A stretch of DNA of 64,000 nt from Epiperipatus broadwayi (lineage: Eukaryota; Animalia; Onychophora). The DNA is taken from the NCBI GenBank assembly GCA_028023455.1, contig JAQFVV010000008.1, positions 17,980,001 through 18,044,000 of the forward strand, read 5' to 3'. Each line of letters starts with the position of its first letter. Positions within the stretch are counted from its first letter, which is position 1. Below the pieces are notes generated by a model. It did no database searches, was not told where the DNA came from, and saw nothing but the letters and a program-made list of their open reading frames with translations. Made by a program: the position numbers and the translations under genes. Of the stretch, positions 24,501 to 37,850 are shown one piece after another.

Positions 24501-26673
24501 AAACTTAATAATAGTTAACATATAAGTAAGTTAAAAAATCATTAAAAATTCATAGAAAATAGAAACAATAAAAAAAAATGTTAGTAAGAAAAACCTGTAG
24601 TCACTGAGTGAACATAGTAATTGATTGAGTAAATTTAAAGATTTATAAAACATTTTTTACAAAAAATTCCTTCAATAATACTTGACAACATATAGCAAAA
24701 ATTCTAACTTTAATTATCATCATTAGTTAATTTGACAAAAAGTAACTTCTACATATCAATTGACAATTTTCTTTACACCTTTTTAAGTTCGTTGCCTTTA
24801 TTTTTCAATTATTTATAACTATTTTTTTGATCATTATTTAATCTTTCACTTTCCATCACATAATCTTCAAACTTCTTTTATTTCTAAATATGTGCCCAAT
24901 CCACTTCTTATTTCATTTTATTATTTACTTAACGAGTAACCTTATTTTATTAATCTTTTTCAACACTTCAATTATTACTTATTTTTATTTTTCCAATTTA
25001 TTTTTTCTATTACCCTCTAAATCTATATTTAAAAGCTTTCAAGCTTTAACAACTCTCTTTTCTTATTTGCCCAAATCTCTGCTTCATAAAAAAACTACAC
25101 TCCAAACAAAAATTTAACAATCTATATTCATGGGCCACAAAATAAACTGTTACATTATTAAAGTAGTTTAATCACTAAAATTCTCACTCTTAATAATCTT
25201 ATCACTAGTTCCACTATCAGAAGATCAACTGTACTAATTACTTGAAAGTATTAATCTGTTCTACTACTTTCTGCTCAACTATCACTCTTAATTTTTTATT
25301 ATCTTTATTTATAAATATTCATTACTTAGGACTTAAGATATATTCATTTTTTATTCAAACCTACACATTTTATTAATTACATTTAATATTTAGTTACACT
25401 AATTCTTAATATCTGCAAATAAATATCTCTATAACATCAACAAGACTAATGTAATGGGATTTTCTAGTTCCAATATCATCTCTGTTCTTTGAATAAACAT
25501 CAGCAAATCATTTAAGCAAATATCAAATGAAGAGGCAAATATCCCTGGGTTTTATATATATGTGTGTGACAAAACAACTATATACTACCAGTTCTTTTCT
25601 ATGTCTTATAATTATTGGCATAAATATTATAGAAATTAGCATTTCTAAATCAAATTTCAAGAATGCTTCATTATTAGTATATGAAAATATTTTTTATGCT
25701 TTCTTCCCAAAGTCCAATCGGATTAACTAGAAATAGGTAATACAACCATGTAGAAACACTTGATCATCATCAGTGCTAATTTACCACTGCTTATGTCATC
25801 CCAAATTTGGAAAAACATAAAATTTATGAAAAATAATCTTAATGAACTCTATTATAAGTGTAATACAAATTAATTCATTTGTATTTTAGTGCAAAATATG
25901 CTAAGAAACAAAGATGTAAAATTGTGGCTTTTTAAAAAAATATTCTTTACTAAGAGTGTATGTATTTCTACGTTTGTAATAAATGCAACAAATAAGACAT
26001 ATAATTACATTATATATGGACATAGTATAATGGAGCAGATCATCTATGAATGAAAAAAGTTGTCATATCAAAAATGCATCCAATCTTTTCACACTTTAAT
26101 CTGATAACAATGGCACTTAATTTTGCATTTATACTCTAGAAGTTGGAAAAAATGTTTTCTTGCTATTATCCTGAAATTTCAACTTAAAAAGTTTTGATTG
26201 TGAACAATGATTTAAAAAAAAAAAAAAGAAATTTGTTTTATAGGCTGTGCATGGATCAACACCACTATTAATTGGATCCCCCCAAAAAGTATATATTAAG
26301 CAGTTACTGTTTAAGCAGATTGTATACAAACAAAATATGCCAGTGTGTATATACTTTAAAAGGATAAAAAATATATTGCATTTGTTTACAAATGATATAA
26401 ATACATATTCATTATTCATGAATAACAATTATTGTAATACATATACCTAAAATAAAAAGTTAATTTATACACAAATTATCTAAATTAAAAGATACAAAAA
26501 TATCCTAATTGCTACTATAAAAATATTTTTAAAAAACTAAAAAAAAAAAAAAATGTTATCATTGTAATTATTATCATCTATAGATAGCAAGTATAGCTTT
26601 CCAACTTAAAAATAAATCATCACATGATCACTATCTTATACTAGCACATAATTGTTTATAAACAAAGCAAAAA

Positions 26674-26770
26674 TCTCCATACAGTATTGCCACCCTGTGC
26701 CAAACAGTCTTCTGGCATTCATTGATTACTCTGGTTGGCACAGGGTGGCAATACTGGAGAGGTTGCTTTA
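26674..26770. repeat. Miniature head-to-head insertion of the F1 family
   Basis: CTCCATACAGTATTGCCACCCTGTGCCAA is inverted as TTGGCACAGGGTGGCAATACTGGAG. The spacer CTTCTGGCATTCATTGATTACTCTGG matches the F1 unit. Confidence 0.7.
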
Positions 26771-27202
26771 GTTAAAAATAAATAAAAAAAACTATGTTTT
26801 GTGATGATCTTACATATCAATTATGAAACCCAAATACATCCATATATGCATCATATACTGGTTCTTTTAATCTGTTAGATATCTTGTAATGCTGTCATTC
26901 AATTTATACTGCAAAGCTTATTCTTTTTGGAAAACTTCAAAACTTTCCTAATTGTAATTCTTTATCTACTTCCATCCTCAGTCATATTCTCTTAATTAAA
27001 GCAATCAAAGAGTGACTTTGAGATAATTTTTTTAATGTAAATAGGATGCAATTTATTTACCTTACTTTGAACACTTTTTAGCAAAAAACTGTTTATTGTA
27101 TATATACACACACAATCTTATAATAGCATAAAAATGTAAACAATAAAATTAACAAAAAACTAAAGAAAACCAACATATAGTTATTTATTTTATTTATTAT
27201 AC

Positions 27203-27248
27203 CATAGCTCTGAAGAAGACTGCAGGACAGTCGAAATGTAAGATTATG
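27203..27248 (+). ncRNA. Minimal hammerhead motif (family F5)
   Basis: agcu CUGAAGA a gacug cagga caguc GAAA ug UA/agau, with a 5-bp stem II. Related degraded copies lie on the minus strand at ~31745-31780 and ~60497-60535, both with GAAA changed to AAAA. Confidence 0.65.
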
Positions 27249-28299
27249 TGTACATATATACAATAAAAATTTTTTTGCTAAAAAGTGTTCAAAGTAAGGT
27301 GGATAAATTGCATTTATATAAGATATTACAGCCAAAAAAGAAAATGGTGGATTTATAAATGTAAATAGGATCTGCTTTTTCTGCAAAAATCATGCTCAAA
27401 TTCACAAATAAAATGCTTTTTAAGAAAACCAATTACTATTTATTTATTTGATATGTTCAACACAACAAAGAAATATTCATATAATAATAAATACTATCAC
27501 ATCCAATATATATATATATAAAAGATTCTTAAATTATTTTTCCAATGCCACATTAATAACAGATCCTTGTCTCTCTTCCATACAATAAATTTGGCAGAAT
27601 AATATTACTATATATATAAATAACTTAGGTTAAATTGTTATCATGATAAAATGCCAATATACGTTTTTTCTATATATTAGTGTCTGTCTGTATTGCTTAA
27701 CTTTTAAAGTCTCCTAGAAAAAAAGATTTTATTTTATAATGACCTTGAGGTAATAATACTATTCAACAAGGAATAAAAGTCTGCTATGACCTTTCTAAAT
27801 CTAATATTGGAAACACAAACAATGATAAAATGAACATAGGGAACCATTGCACAAAACACTTTCTAATATCAAAAGCAGAAAATCCAAAATCAAACTCACA
27901 ATAAATCTGACACCATGCAGTCTTCTTTCAATCAATGATTTGTTTTTAAAAAAAAAATATAGCCATCCACTTGTTCAATTAGACTGTCTGGAATATGAAT
28001 TTTGAAGAGTTCACATCCCGACATTGTGTTACCAATTATTTTGATTAGAAGAAAACTTAGCATTAATAAATAACGATCATGGAATTTTATAAGCAATATT
28101 GTGTACGACTATTAAGGCAAAACTTCAACAAATGACACAAAAACTTAGGAATAAAAAATATATTAAAACTAAAATAAGATATATCATTTGTGATTCATAG
28201 TCACTTTAGAACCTTTTTTGATGGACTGAAAATAACTTACAAACTTGAAAAATTCTTAATCCTAATATATCATTTAGTGGCATTATTTATATTTTAATA

Positions 28300-29560
28300 A
28301 TATTAAAAACAGGGAATATTTTGATCACTTTTGAATAATAATGTAAAAGTCCATCTTATCAACTCATTTAAATTTAGACAGAAATATGCATCTTATTAAA
28401 ATCAAGAATTATAAAAATGAAAATTTTATTAAATAAATTGCTTTTTTGTAAAAGATGAATAATTATCAGTGATTAGTTATGATTTTAAAAACTATAAACT
28501 TGTTATGAAGTAAAGGTAAAAAAAAAAAAATTTATATATTGTTTTTGTGAATTTGATCAAGGCATTTGACTCTGCTAATTGAAAAGATTTTTTAAAATGT
28601 TTAAAACTATTGGCTGTCCATCAAAATTTATTCATATTATACAGTATTCTTTCTACTGGTGCAATACCCGGAGCATTTGAAATGAAAATTGATATTAAAT
28701 AGGGCTATGTACTAGCTTCAACTTTGTTTTTCCATTTTTGTGATAATCATCTTTGGAATAGTTTAACTAACCATCAAGATGCAATATAAATTTGATTATA
28801 GAATTTTTGAGTTGAATTAATTCAAACAAAAGAAAAAACTTATATTTTTTATTTCTAAATTTATAACAAGGTGATGATTTCTCTTGTTCTTGTGATTCAA
28901 AATAATGATCTACAGAATGTTCTTATTGTTATGAATGCAACCTGTAAAGACTTTGATTTGATAATTAATGTTAAAGACAACAACAACAACAACATGTTTT
29001 ATCAACCAATTATGAAAGAATAATTTTCTTTTGGATGGTTATCTGCTAGAAAATGTGAATCAACTTAAATTTCTTGATAGATCTTTAGATAAGAAGGTGA
29101 ACTTAATGCATATAATGGTAAAAACAATAAACTATGGCAATAATTTATTGGAAATAATGATATTGGTTCTATGCGCTCAAAAAAATGTGTTACTAAAGTT
29201 TTATCCAACACATAAATTCATTATTACAAAATATTGCTTAGGTCAAAAAAAAAAAAAAACTATATTAATAAATTTTGATGCTTCTATACCCAAAACAATA
29301 TTTTAAAGACCGTTAGAAATAAAAATGTAAAAAAAAATATTATAGGAGTATTTGTAAATGCAAATTTTTGAATAGAACATAGTCCATTCCAAGATTAAAA
29401 TGCTAGTTCCATTAAAAACAGATTCAATTTCTTAAATACATCAGATTTCAGCATGTATAACATATAAGACAAGTTTTGCGAGGCAGGCCATTTTTACACT
29501 AACTTTTGTAGATTCTTTCAAGTTTGTAGTAAGCAGAGGAATTCTTAATTAAAGCTAATC
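28300..29560 (+). mobile_element. Decayed RTE-clade non-LTR RT
   Basis: From ~28532 it reads LYIVFVNLIKAFDSAN (cf. FVDLxKAFD), then LGCPSKFIHII, and a KxGYVLASTLF-like segment near 28700. Many stops. Confidence 0.65.
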
Positions 29561-30156
29561 ATGTGTTGTGAAAAAATCTGCTCTCAAATGATTAATTGTA
29601 TTGCCTCATAATCATACACATTTGCATATCAAAAAAAAAAAATTAAGATTGAAATGAAAATTGCAATATATCTAGTTAATGAATAAAAATGTGATAGCAG
29701 CCAGTGTAAAAAGACGATCAGTAGTAGGAGAATCTCATGTCTGGCATTATACCCAACTTAAATGACTCAAGATAGCAAGATAAAGAAAATTAAAATATAA
29801 AGATTGAAAGAACATAAAGACAAGCCTTTCAAAACTACCCAGCCTTAGATGAACCAACATCTTATCCTAAAAGGATACTCTTGGACAGATACTGCTTGTT
29901 GATATTACCTATAATGTTCAATTCGAAGTTATTCTATTACTTGTGAACCAGTCAGAAGATTAAGTTCTGCATACCATTCCAATAGATACTACATATTATG
30001 AAGCATATCCCCTTCCCCTTATATATTTGTTATAAAGTTTTACACAAACCATTTTCAATATTTAAAATGACAATTTGATTAATGTAAATTTATTTCCAGT
30101 GCTTATACATAAAAAATTACTGTTAATAAAAACAAATCAAACAAGGTTATACATAC

Positions 30157-30361
30157 CTTCAGAAATACTATTAGCATTATCCAATGCATTGGCAGCTGAG
30201 GTAAAAGGCATAAAAGCTATTAATTTGACGATAGATTTAAATTTGTTGATTTCTAATATGCTTGCTTCAACTTGTTTCTCAGACATACCAATTTCTTCGA
30301 ATTCCACAACCCGAAACAAAGAATATCCTGCAGCATGTTCAAATAGGGCTAAAAGCTGAGA
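30157..30361 (-). CDS. NOP56: Nucleolar protein 56, second coding exon (205 nt, phase 0/1)
   Basis: Translates [68 protein letters not shown](G), matching the NOP56 N-terminus (LFEHAxGY...ALENANAVSEG). The acceptor is CTTTTAG and the donor GTATGT; the phase joins the 21427-21594 exon in frame. Confidence 0.95.
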
Positions 30362-33258
30362 CTAAAAGTATTAAATATATATAAATGATCAATATTCACA
30401 TAACATTTCATAATCTATCAATTTGTTGTTTTTATTAAACTCTATAACTTGTAAAGTTTCAAAATGTTTTTGACTTACATTATATCTAGATATATACACA
30501 CACAAATATATATGTTTAAATAAGGACAGATAAGTAAAAATGCCTTCTCCCTTATTTTTTTAATTAAGAAAAAGAAAACTTCATATGCACTATTTTTTAT
30601 AATCAAAGTAACTTACTTTGTAAATATATATATACAGTCTGAAGCAAATTATTAGATAAATATAAAATTGGAACGTACAGACAGTAATATCTACATCTAG
30701 TTGCAATGCTTTAAAATACTATTTCATTTAAAAACAAAAATTCATTAGCAATCTTATATTTAGATGTGTACATTAGTCTCTGATACAGTCTTATAAAAAA
30801 TGCTAGAAAATATTTTGAATTGACTGAATATTAAAAAACAAAAAGATAAACATTTATAAAATCAAGTTACATCTATCAAATCATAAGAGCTTATCAAAAA
30901 GTAATCACTTTGATTTTTATGCTACTTATTCGGATTTTAAGAGTAACATTTCTAAAGTTTTAGTGTTAGTACCCTTCCTACTAAAAAAAGTTACTCTTGA
31001 TTTATAAACGTAGTTGTAATTACAAAAAAATGTTTTTGATATCAATTACAAATAATGATAAAAAAAAACTATTTAAAATGGCATTTGCTGAAAATTTTCT
31101 ATATAAAATGTAATACATTATGAATATACCTTTGTATCAAAATATGCTCTCTTTAAGTTAGTTCTTTGTACATGTAATATAACTTGTTTAATTAAATAAT
31201 TATCTATACATATCATCAAACACCTGCAAAATGCTAAAAAGTAGATTGCACATATCATCCCAGATTACTTTAAATCCTCCTATCTCATTTTCAAATACTT
31301 ATGGTCATCTCCTTCTTTTAAAACCATTTTATTTGTCATTCTTTATCTTTTATTAAAATGCCTATATCCTAATAATTCCTCTATCTCTTCACATACACTA
31401 AATCCAATTTCTCCCATTATTCATCAAATTGGCTACATCCTTGTGACATAACTTTTCTATTTTCTAAGCCTCAAATATTTTCTTTCTTTTCCAAATATAT
31501 CAATTTCTGTTCCATATTAGTTGGTTATAGATAAAATATTTAACAAACATTTTTCTTGGATCCAAATTCAATGAACTAAAGATTATTCTCATATTAAAAG
31601 CCCGATTAGCTATTTTCATGATCAGTTAACAATATTTTCAAATATTTAAATACACTAATCTGTTCTACCACTTTTAATCTTTCTTATTAAATAATCACAG
31701 TCTTCGTACACCTTTAAACAAATAATTTTTATTAATATAATAATAGTTTTGACTGTCCCTGGCAGTCTTCTTCAGATCTCCAAAAATTCAAATATTATAA
31801 AAATACAACCAAAACTTATATATACATCAATTCAAATATTGTAACACTACAATTAAAACTTATATATACAACAATAAACTATCAATCAATTTTATACCTA
31901 TATTAACACTTAATCACTATACATCATTTATTATATTATACTTTTAATCTTTGATTTACTCAAACTATGTTTTAGTTGTATTTATTTTCATCCAACTGTT
32001 TATAAATTCTATCACCTAATTAACATTTTAATAAGTTTATTCTCACTATTGGCAAAGAACGTTATATTTAATGCAATAAATCATTTGTTCAATGTCAATT
32101 CTATCCTAATCAAAATAATATTCATATAATTCTAAATAAATTATTAAATAAAACTAAAAAATAAATAACATCTTGTATGTATTTTATATTTTTTATACAC
32201 ATTTTCAAATAATTAATTCACTTTGGAAGCAAATTAAAATAATTAAACTCTTCTTATAATTAGAAGGAATGGATAGATGTAGGGAATTTGAAAGTCTGTT
32301 TAAATCCCTTCTAATTACATTAAGCTCAATATAGAAAATATACTTCTATTTAAATATTAAGCTACTCTTACAAATATTAATGATGTGAAGTGCTCATTAA
32401 AATTTCTGATATTTCTTTAAAATTAACACACTATTAATAAATTGTGTTAAAAAAATGGCAAGCAATAGCAAACTATCTTTTTTGCTGATTCATAGTAATC
32501 TATTAATGCCTAGTTATTCACCTTACCATCAGACAAAGAAATATAACATGCATACTTGTACTTATTCATAAACATTTGTTTCAATCTTTAACAAGATAAA
32601 CATTAGTAGTTTGTTATCACATATATATTTTCAAATAGTTCACTATTTTTTTCCAAACAAAAAAATAACTTGTTTTCAAAGATAAAACTACAGATGCAAA
32701 TAAACAAACAGAATTTCTTTACTTCTTTAATATGAAAGAATGCAATCATAAAATAACCAACTTTAAGCACCAAGTCATTTTTATTCATTTCTATAAATAA
32801 AATTATATTTTCTTTGATCTAAATTTCAAATAATAAATATATGTTTTAACATTTATTGTTTTTTCTTTTTAATGAACATATATTATCTCAAAAAAAAAAA
32901 AAAACCTCTTTAAAAAAAAGAGTAAATAATTGTGTATTTTCAATTAAATTTCTGAAATAAAATAATAAAATATTTAAAAAATAAGGATATATAACAATTC
33001 TTGAGAAGTACTATTTTGGTGGTAATAGAATATTATCACTAATGATAATCAAGTTATTTGAACATAATACACTCTAGATCAAGCATGCCAAACAAAAGGT
33101 CTGTGGGTCACATGCTACCCACAGATAAATGATCTATGGTCCAACAAAATTAATAACCAATATGATAATTTAATCTTTAACTATATTGGATTTTTTTAAA
33201 TTAAAGTAATAAATACATACATGAATTAAATATATAAAAATATATTCCAAAAAATTAA

Positions 33259-33785
33259 TATTTCCATTAAGAATTTAAAAATGTCAATATACTGCATAAT
33301 TTTAATGCATATGCATTGTGGTATAAACAGTGAGCTATATCCCATAAGAAAATACATTATTTCAGCCATCCATTGTTGTTGTTATTATTTTTGAAACAAA
33401 TTATTATTATTTTTGACTTCAGATTCTAATCATATTTCATTCAAAATATACCTACATTAGAAAGTATAGTTTTTTGTGTAATCAATTAAGAATTTATTAA
33501 AATAATATTAAAATTGACATTTCCATTAAGAATTAAAATATAGATCAATCTATTGTGCAATTTTAATGCATATGTATTGGAATACAGTGAATGAGGACAT
33601 GACATAAATAGCGAATACATCGGCATGAGAAAGTAAATATTTTACCCAGCTAATATTATTACTATTTTTTTAAAACAATTATTATTTTCAACTTCAGATT
33701 CTAATCAAGCTTCATTCAAAATATTTCTACATTAAAAAGTGTTATTTACTTAGTGATTATTTAAGAATTTATTAAAATAACATCA
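33259..33785. repeat. Two diverged tandem copies of a ~260-bp unit
   Basis: ATTTCCATTAAGAATT...ATTTTAATGCATATG...CTTCAGATTCTAATCA...TTAAGAATTTATTAAAATAA occurs from ~33260 and again from ~33520. Confidence 0.8.
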
Positions 33786-33859
33786 AGGCCTCCATGAGTA
33801 ATTAAAAAATGATTAATTGAAGAGAACAACACACTTTAAAAAAAAAAAAAGAAATTAAA

Positions 33860-36830
33860 ATATTTTTGTATTCAAAGAAAAAATAAAATTTTATATCTCA
33901 TATATAGAAACTCTATTGCAGTTTGCAAAGAATATAATATTAAAAGACCCTAGGATATAATTCATATAGAAAAGACAAATATGATGGAAATTTTGCAAAG
34001 GTAAATTGTCAGAATTAAAGTTAACATTTCAAAAATAACAAAATATATTTACCAAACTTATTGAAGATAATACAACTGCTATGAAAACATTTAATATCAT
34101 ACTTAACTGCGCATAAGTTGAAATCATTCACTGCAGGGAAATTTACTTTCAAATGTATTATTAAAGCAGGCAGTGGAGACATTCAAAAATATAAGCTTGT
34201 TTCAAAATACAATTGCCAGCAGAATTGATGATATAGTCGGGAATTTAAACAAACAACTGAAATTGGTAATTATAACATTTGAAATCTATTCCATTGCAAT
34301 TGAAGAAAGTACAGATATACAGGATAAAGTTCAGTTATCTGTTTTTATTTGCAAATGTGATTTGAACTTAAAAATGAAGAGCTGGAAATTATTCCAATGG
34401 GCCATACAACCATTGGAGTTGATATTTTCAAAGTACTTATGGAAATTTTAAAGGAGTACAATTTATCTTTAAAAAGGTGCTTTTTTGCAACTACAGGAAT
34501 CCCTTGACTAGTGCAGTTAATGAATACTCCATTTATACTGCATATATTAAAACCACACTGACCAAACTTAAAAACCTATGGGAATAATTATAATGAAACC
34601 TGGAAAAACTAAAAAAATCCTTTATTTGCTCAAAATGTACATAGGTACAGTATACTGAAATACACAATTAATGAATTATTAATTGATTTATTGGAAAAAA
34701 AAAAAGGGAATAGATTTAAATTATACTTTTTGGAAAAAAAAAATTTAATGTCAATTAAACAGTTATAGCTTTTTTCCTTTCATCCATAATTTTGCAATAA
34801 CAATCAATTTGTTTACTTAACCTTCAACAAATGTTCAAGCTACTTTCATCATATGGATTGATCTCGCGTATGGGCTCTTGTTTTTTCAAGTGGATTAAAT
34901 ATTTCTTCAAGTTTTTAACAGAAATTTCTTTAGGAGCCGTTTTTTTTCTCCTGATTCATTTTCATCTTCCTTATATGCATGTTGATGTTCTATTTCAAGA
35001 AGATTGTCATCAGTTAAGCCTTTGGAATGTGATTCCAATAATTCGCTCACATTTTCTGAATCTATTTTTTCAAAGCCGGCACTATTTCCAATTTAGTAAT
35101 TTCATCAATAACTCTGTCGACAGACTCATTGAAACCAAAAAAGTCATTTGCGCATTCTGGCAAATGATACTGCCAGACTGCTTGTTCAATATCAATTTTT
35201 TTACAAAATTCTTCGAGAGTGATCGAGTTGTTCCAGTTGTAGCATGAATTGCCTGAGAAAAAATTTGTCTCAAATAATATATTTTGAAGTTAGGTACAAG
35301 TCTTGTGAGTTGCCAATTATACCTCTAAGCATTTGTTACACAAAATAAAAAGCGCACTAATCAAATTTTATATTGCATAGTTAAAGGGATGGTCTCAAAA
35401 AAATTTTGTGCATTAATTAAAAACGCATTTTTCAAAAACACACTAATCAAGGGATTCCTATAATGGTGCTCCTGCCATGATTAATGTTATTAATGATCTT
35501 ATCACACAACTAAAAGAAAAGTATAGAGAAGAAGATATTTTTTTTCAACATTGGCATTGCATTATTTGTCAGCAAATATTACATTCCAAAGTTTTAAATA
35601 TCGGATATATTATACAAAATTATAAATTATATTAGTGCACACTGTCAATTAGGAAGTGAATACAGAAATTCGGTGGCTTTCTAGTCATAAAATTTTAAAG
35701 CAATTTTTCCAATAGCTGGGAAAAATTATTTTTCTAGAATTGAAAAATTATAAATGTGAAATATTAAAAGTTGATCAATAGATAAAAGACTTGGCTTTTT
35801 CAGATGACATTACAAATCATCTAAATCAATTTAATTTTAAACTATAAGGAAAACATCATGTGGATACCATATTATTTGATAATATCAATGTTCTAAAAAA
35901 GAAATTATTACGCTGGTAAAAACAAATTCCAAAAAAAATTTATCTCATTTTGAATCTTATCAATCATTATTACAAAAATCACTATAATTGAAATTTTCAA
36001 AATATACTAATCAAATTAAATTATTAGAAATGAATTCAAGAGAAAATTTTTTGACTTCAAGAAATGTGAATATCAATTTCATTTATTTATCTCTCTATGT
36101 ATTAATGTTGAAATTGTTGATGACAATTTGCAATTGGAATTAATCGAAATTCAGTGTGATTCTGTACTGAAATGAAACTATATTGATGTTGGAATTCCAC
36201 ATATCTATAAGTATTTATTGGGCGACCAATTTCCCTATGTGCAATATGCAATTAAGCGTATCTTAACTATCTTAAGTAGGATATATTGCCAACAACTATT
36301 TTCAAATTTAAAAAATAATAAAATAGTGGCAATATCAAGATTAATAGATTAGCAATTTTAAAAATATTTATAGCTCAATAAATTCAATTAATTTTTGAAG
36401 ATTTGGTTAATGAAAAACTTTTGCCAGATTTATTGAAAAAGATAATATAATTTTTTTACAATAACATAAACTTTTAAAAAAAAAATTTGTACTTCATATG
36501 TATGTTTGTAACATGACTGTATTTTGTCCATATATTATTTTATAGAAACAATGCATAATGTTAGCTGAAATCTGTATAAAATATTTGAAACACTCCATAC
36601 CTTTTTTCCTCAGCTATACTCCCTTTTTAAATAAGGAAAAGCTTAAATTTTGCAGACCATTGCAAAATTGAGTATGGTTGAAAGAATATAGCTATGGGCA
36701 TTTGTGTAATTGCAATGTTAATAATAAAAAATCTGTTTTCTCTGTAATTTCAAGTTTTTTTAGTATGTGCCCCATGATCTATAGTACTTACTTATAGCCC
36801 ATATCATTTACAAATTTGATATGCCTGCTG
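33860..36830 (+). mobile_element. Decayed hAT transposase (SPIN/GTF2IRD2-like), interrupted by a nested element
   Basis: It reads RNSIAVCKEYNIKR near 33910, and ORF 34173-34451 reads NTIASRIDDI...YSIAIEESTDIQDKVQLSVFI. The ATxGAPAM motif is split by the insertion, and QLELIEIQCDSVLK lies near 36130. Confidence 0.8.
34494..35460 (-). mobile_element. Tigger/pogo non-autonomous element nested in the hAT transposase
   Basis: TIRs CAGGAATCCCTTGACTAGTG (34494) and CACTAATCAAGGGATTCCTA (ending at 35460), with TA at 34492-34493 and 35461-35462. The minus strand carries Tigger C-terminal-like remnants (VDRVIDEITKL; TDDDLLEIEHQ). Confidence 0.8.
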
Positions 36831-37399
36831 TAGTGAAACGATTGGATCCAAACTCGATCCAAGTTTCATGACTTATTTAGCACTAACCTGAGATCAAACC
36901 TGATCTCTACCTTTTTAGTAGTAAATTTGTTTAACTGATAGTTTTATATTCATACACACACCAAGCCTATTTTTCTTTCTTTAGCCTTGTTATATTCATT
37001 TAATAATGAACGTTTTAATTTTACTTTAATTTCTATAATAAGGTTTAAATAATATTAATTTTAATAAAATAAGATTTATTTATTACATATTGTAGTGTCG
37101 ATATTATATATATATATACGCGCGTATTTTAAATATTAATAGTAAAGTCTGTTAAATAGATTTGCTTAACAACTACTTTTATATTTTTCTATTAAATTTT
37201 AGTGATTAAAAGTCACATTCTTTTGGATAAATCTGGAAAGTCACGTAGGCTACTCAACAAAGGGTAATGCATTTACTTTTATTTATGAATGGAAAGGAAG
37301 GAACTTATCTTAATTTAATTTTACTTTATCTTAATAATCCATTTGCGAACTTAAAATGGATTCGTAACAAAAGACTTAAAAAGATTTATCGGAAGAATG

Positions 37400-37850
37400 T
37401 ATCTTAGAATCACAATAAAGCAAATTATTTTAAATGAATGGACAGAACAATGCCTGAAGCTATGGAAAGATAGAATATTCTGGAGCAAAAGCTAAAATCG
37501 TATGAATATCCCCCAAAAAGGGAGTGATGATGATCAGATTACTATAGTGAATGAGTTGCAGCTCAAATCTATGTCGGTCTATTTTATGATTTAGTATATG
37601 CAAAAATGGTAGGCTAAGGTCGGGGCGCATAGCCGTTATTCCCCGAGCCTTTCCCAGTAACATCAGTATGCTACCGTGAAACCATCTAATGCCTCCTGAA
37701 ATCACAAAGAGAACTGTTGGTGAATGAACTTGCTGAATAATAAAAAAATAGCTAGCTATTTCATTGATGGAAATGTGCCTCATTTCACTCTGCAAAAGGA
37801 ACTTACAAGCAGTTATGAAGCTTACACGTGAAAGAACTGTTGGAAGGTAA
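37400..37850 (+). mobile_element. Tc1/mariner transposase pseudogene fragment
   Basis: Frame-shifted segments LWKDRIFWS..NRMN, PLFPEPFPVTSVCYRETI and YFIDGNVPHFTLQ parallel the IxFSDE..NRxN / PxFF...VTxxxYxxML / QQDGAPPHF order of Tc1/mariner DDD domains. Confidence 0.55.

Noticed and set aside
37460-37795. 111-aa minus-strand ORF as a host gene
   Set aside because: It has no recognisable homology, and the opposite strand carries Tc1/mariner transposase motifs.
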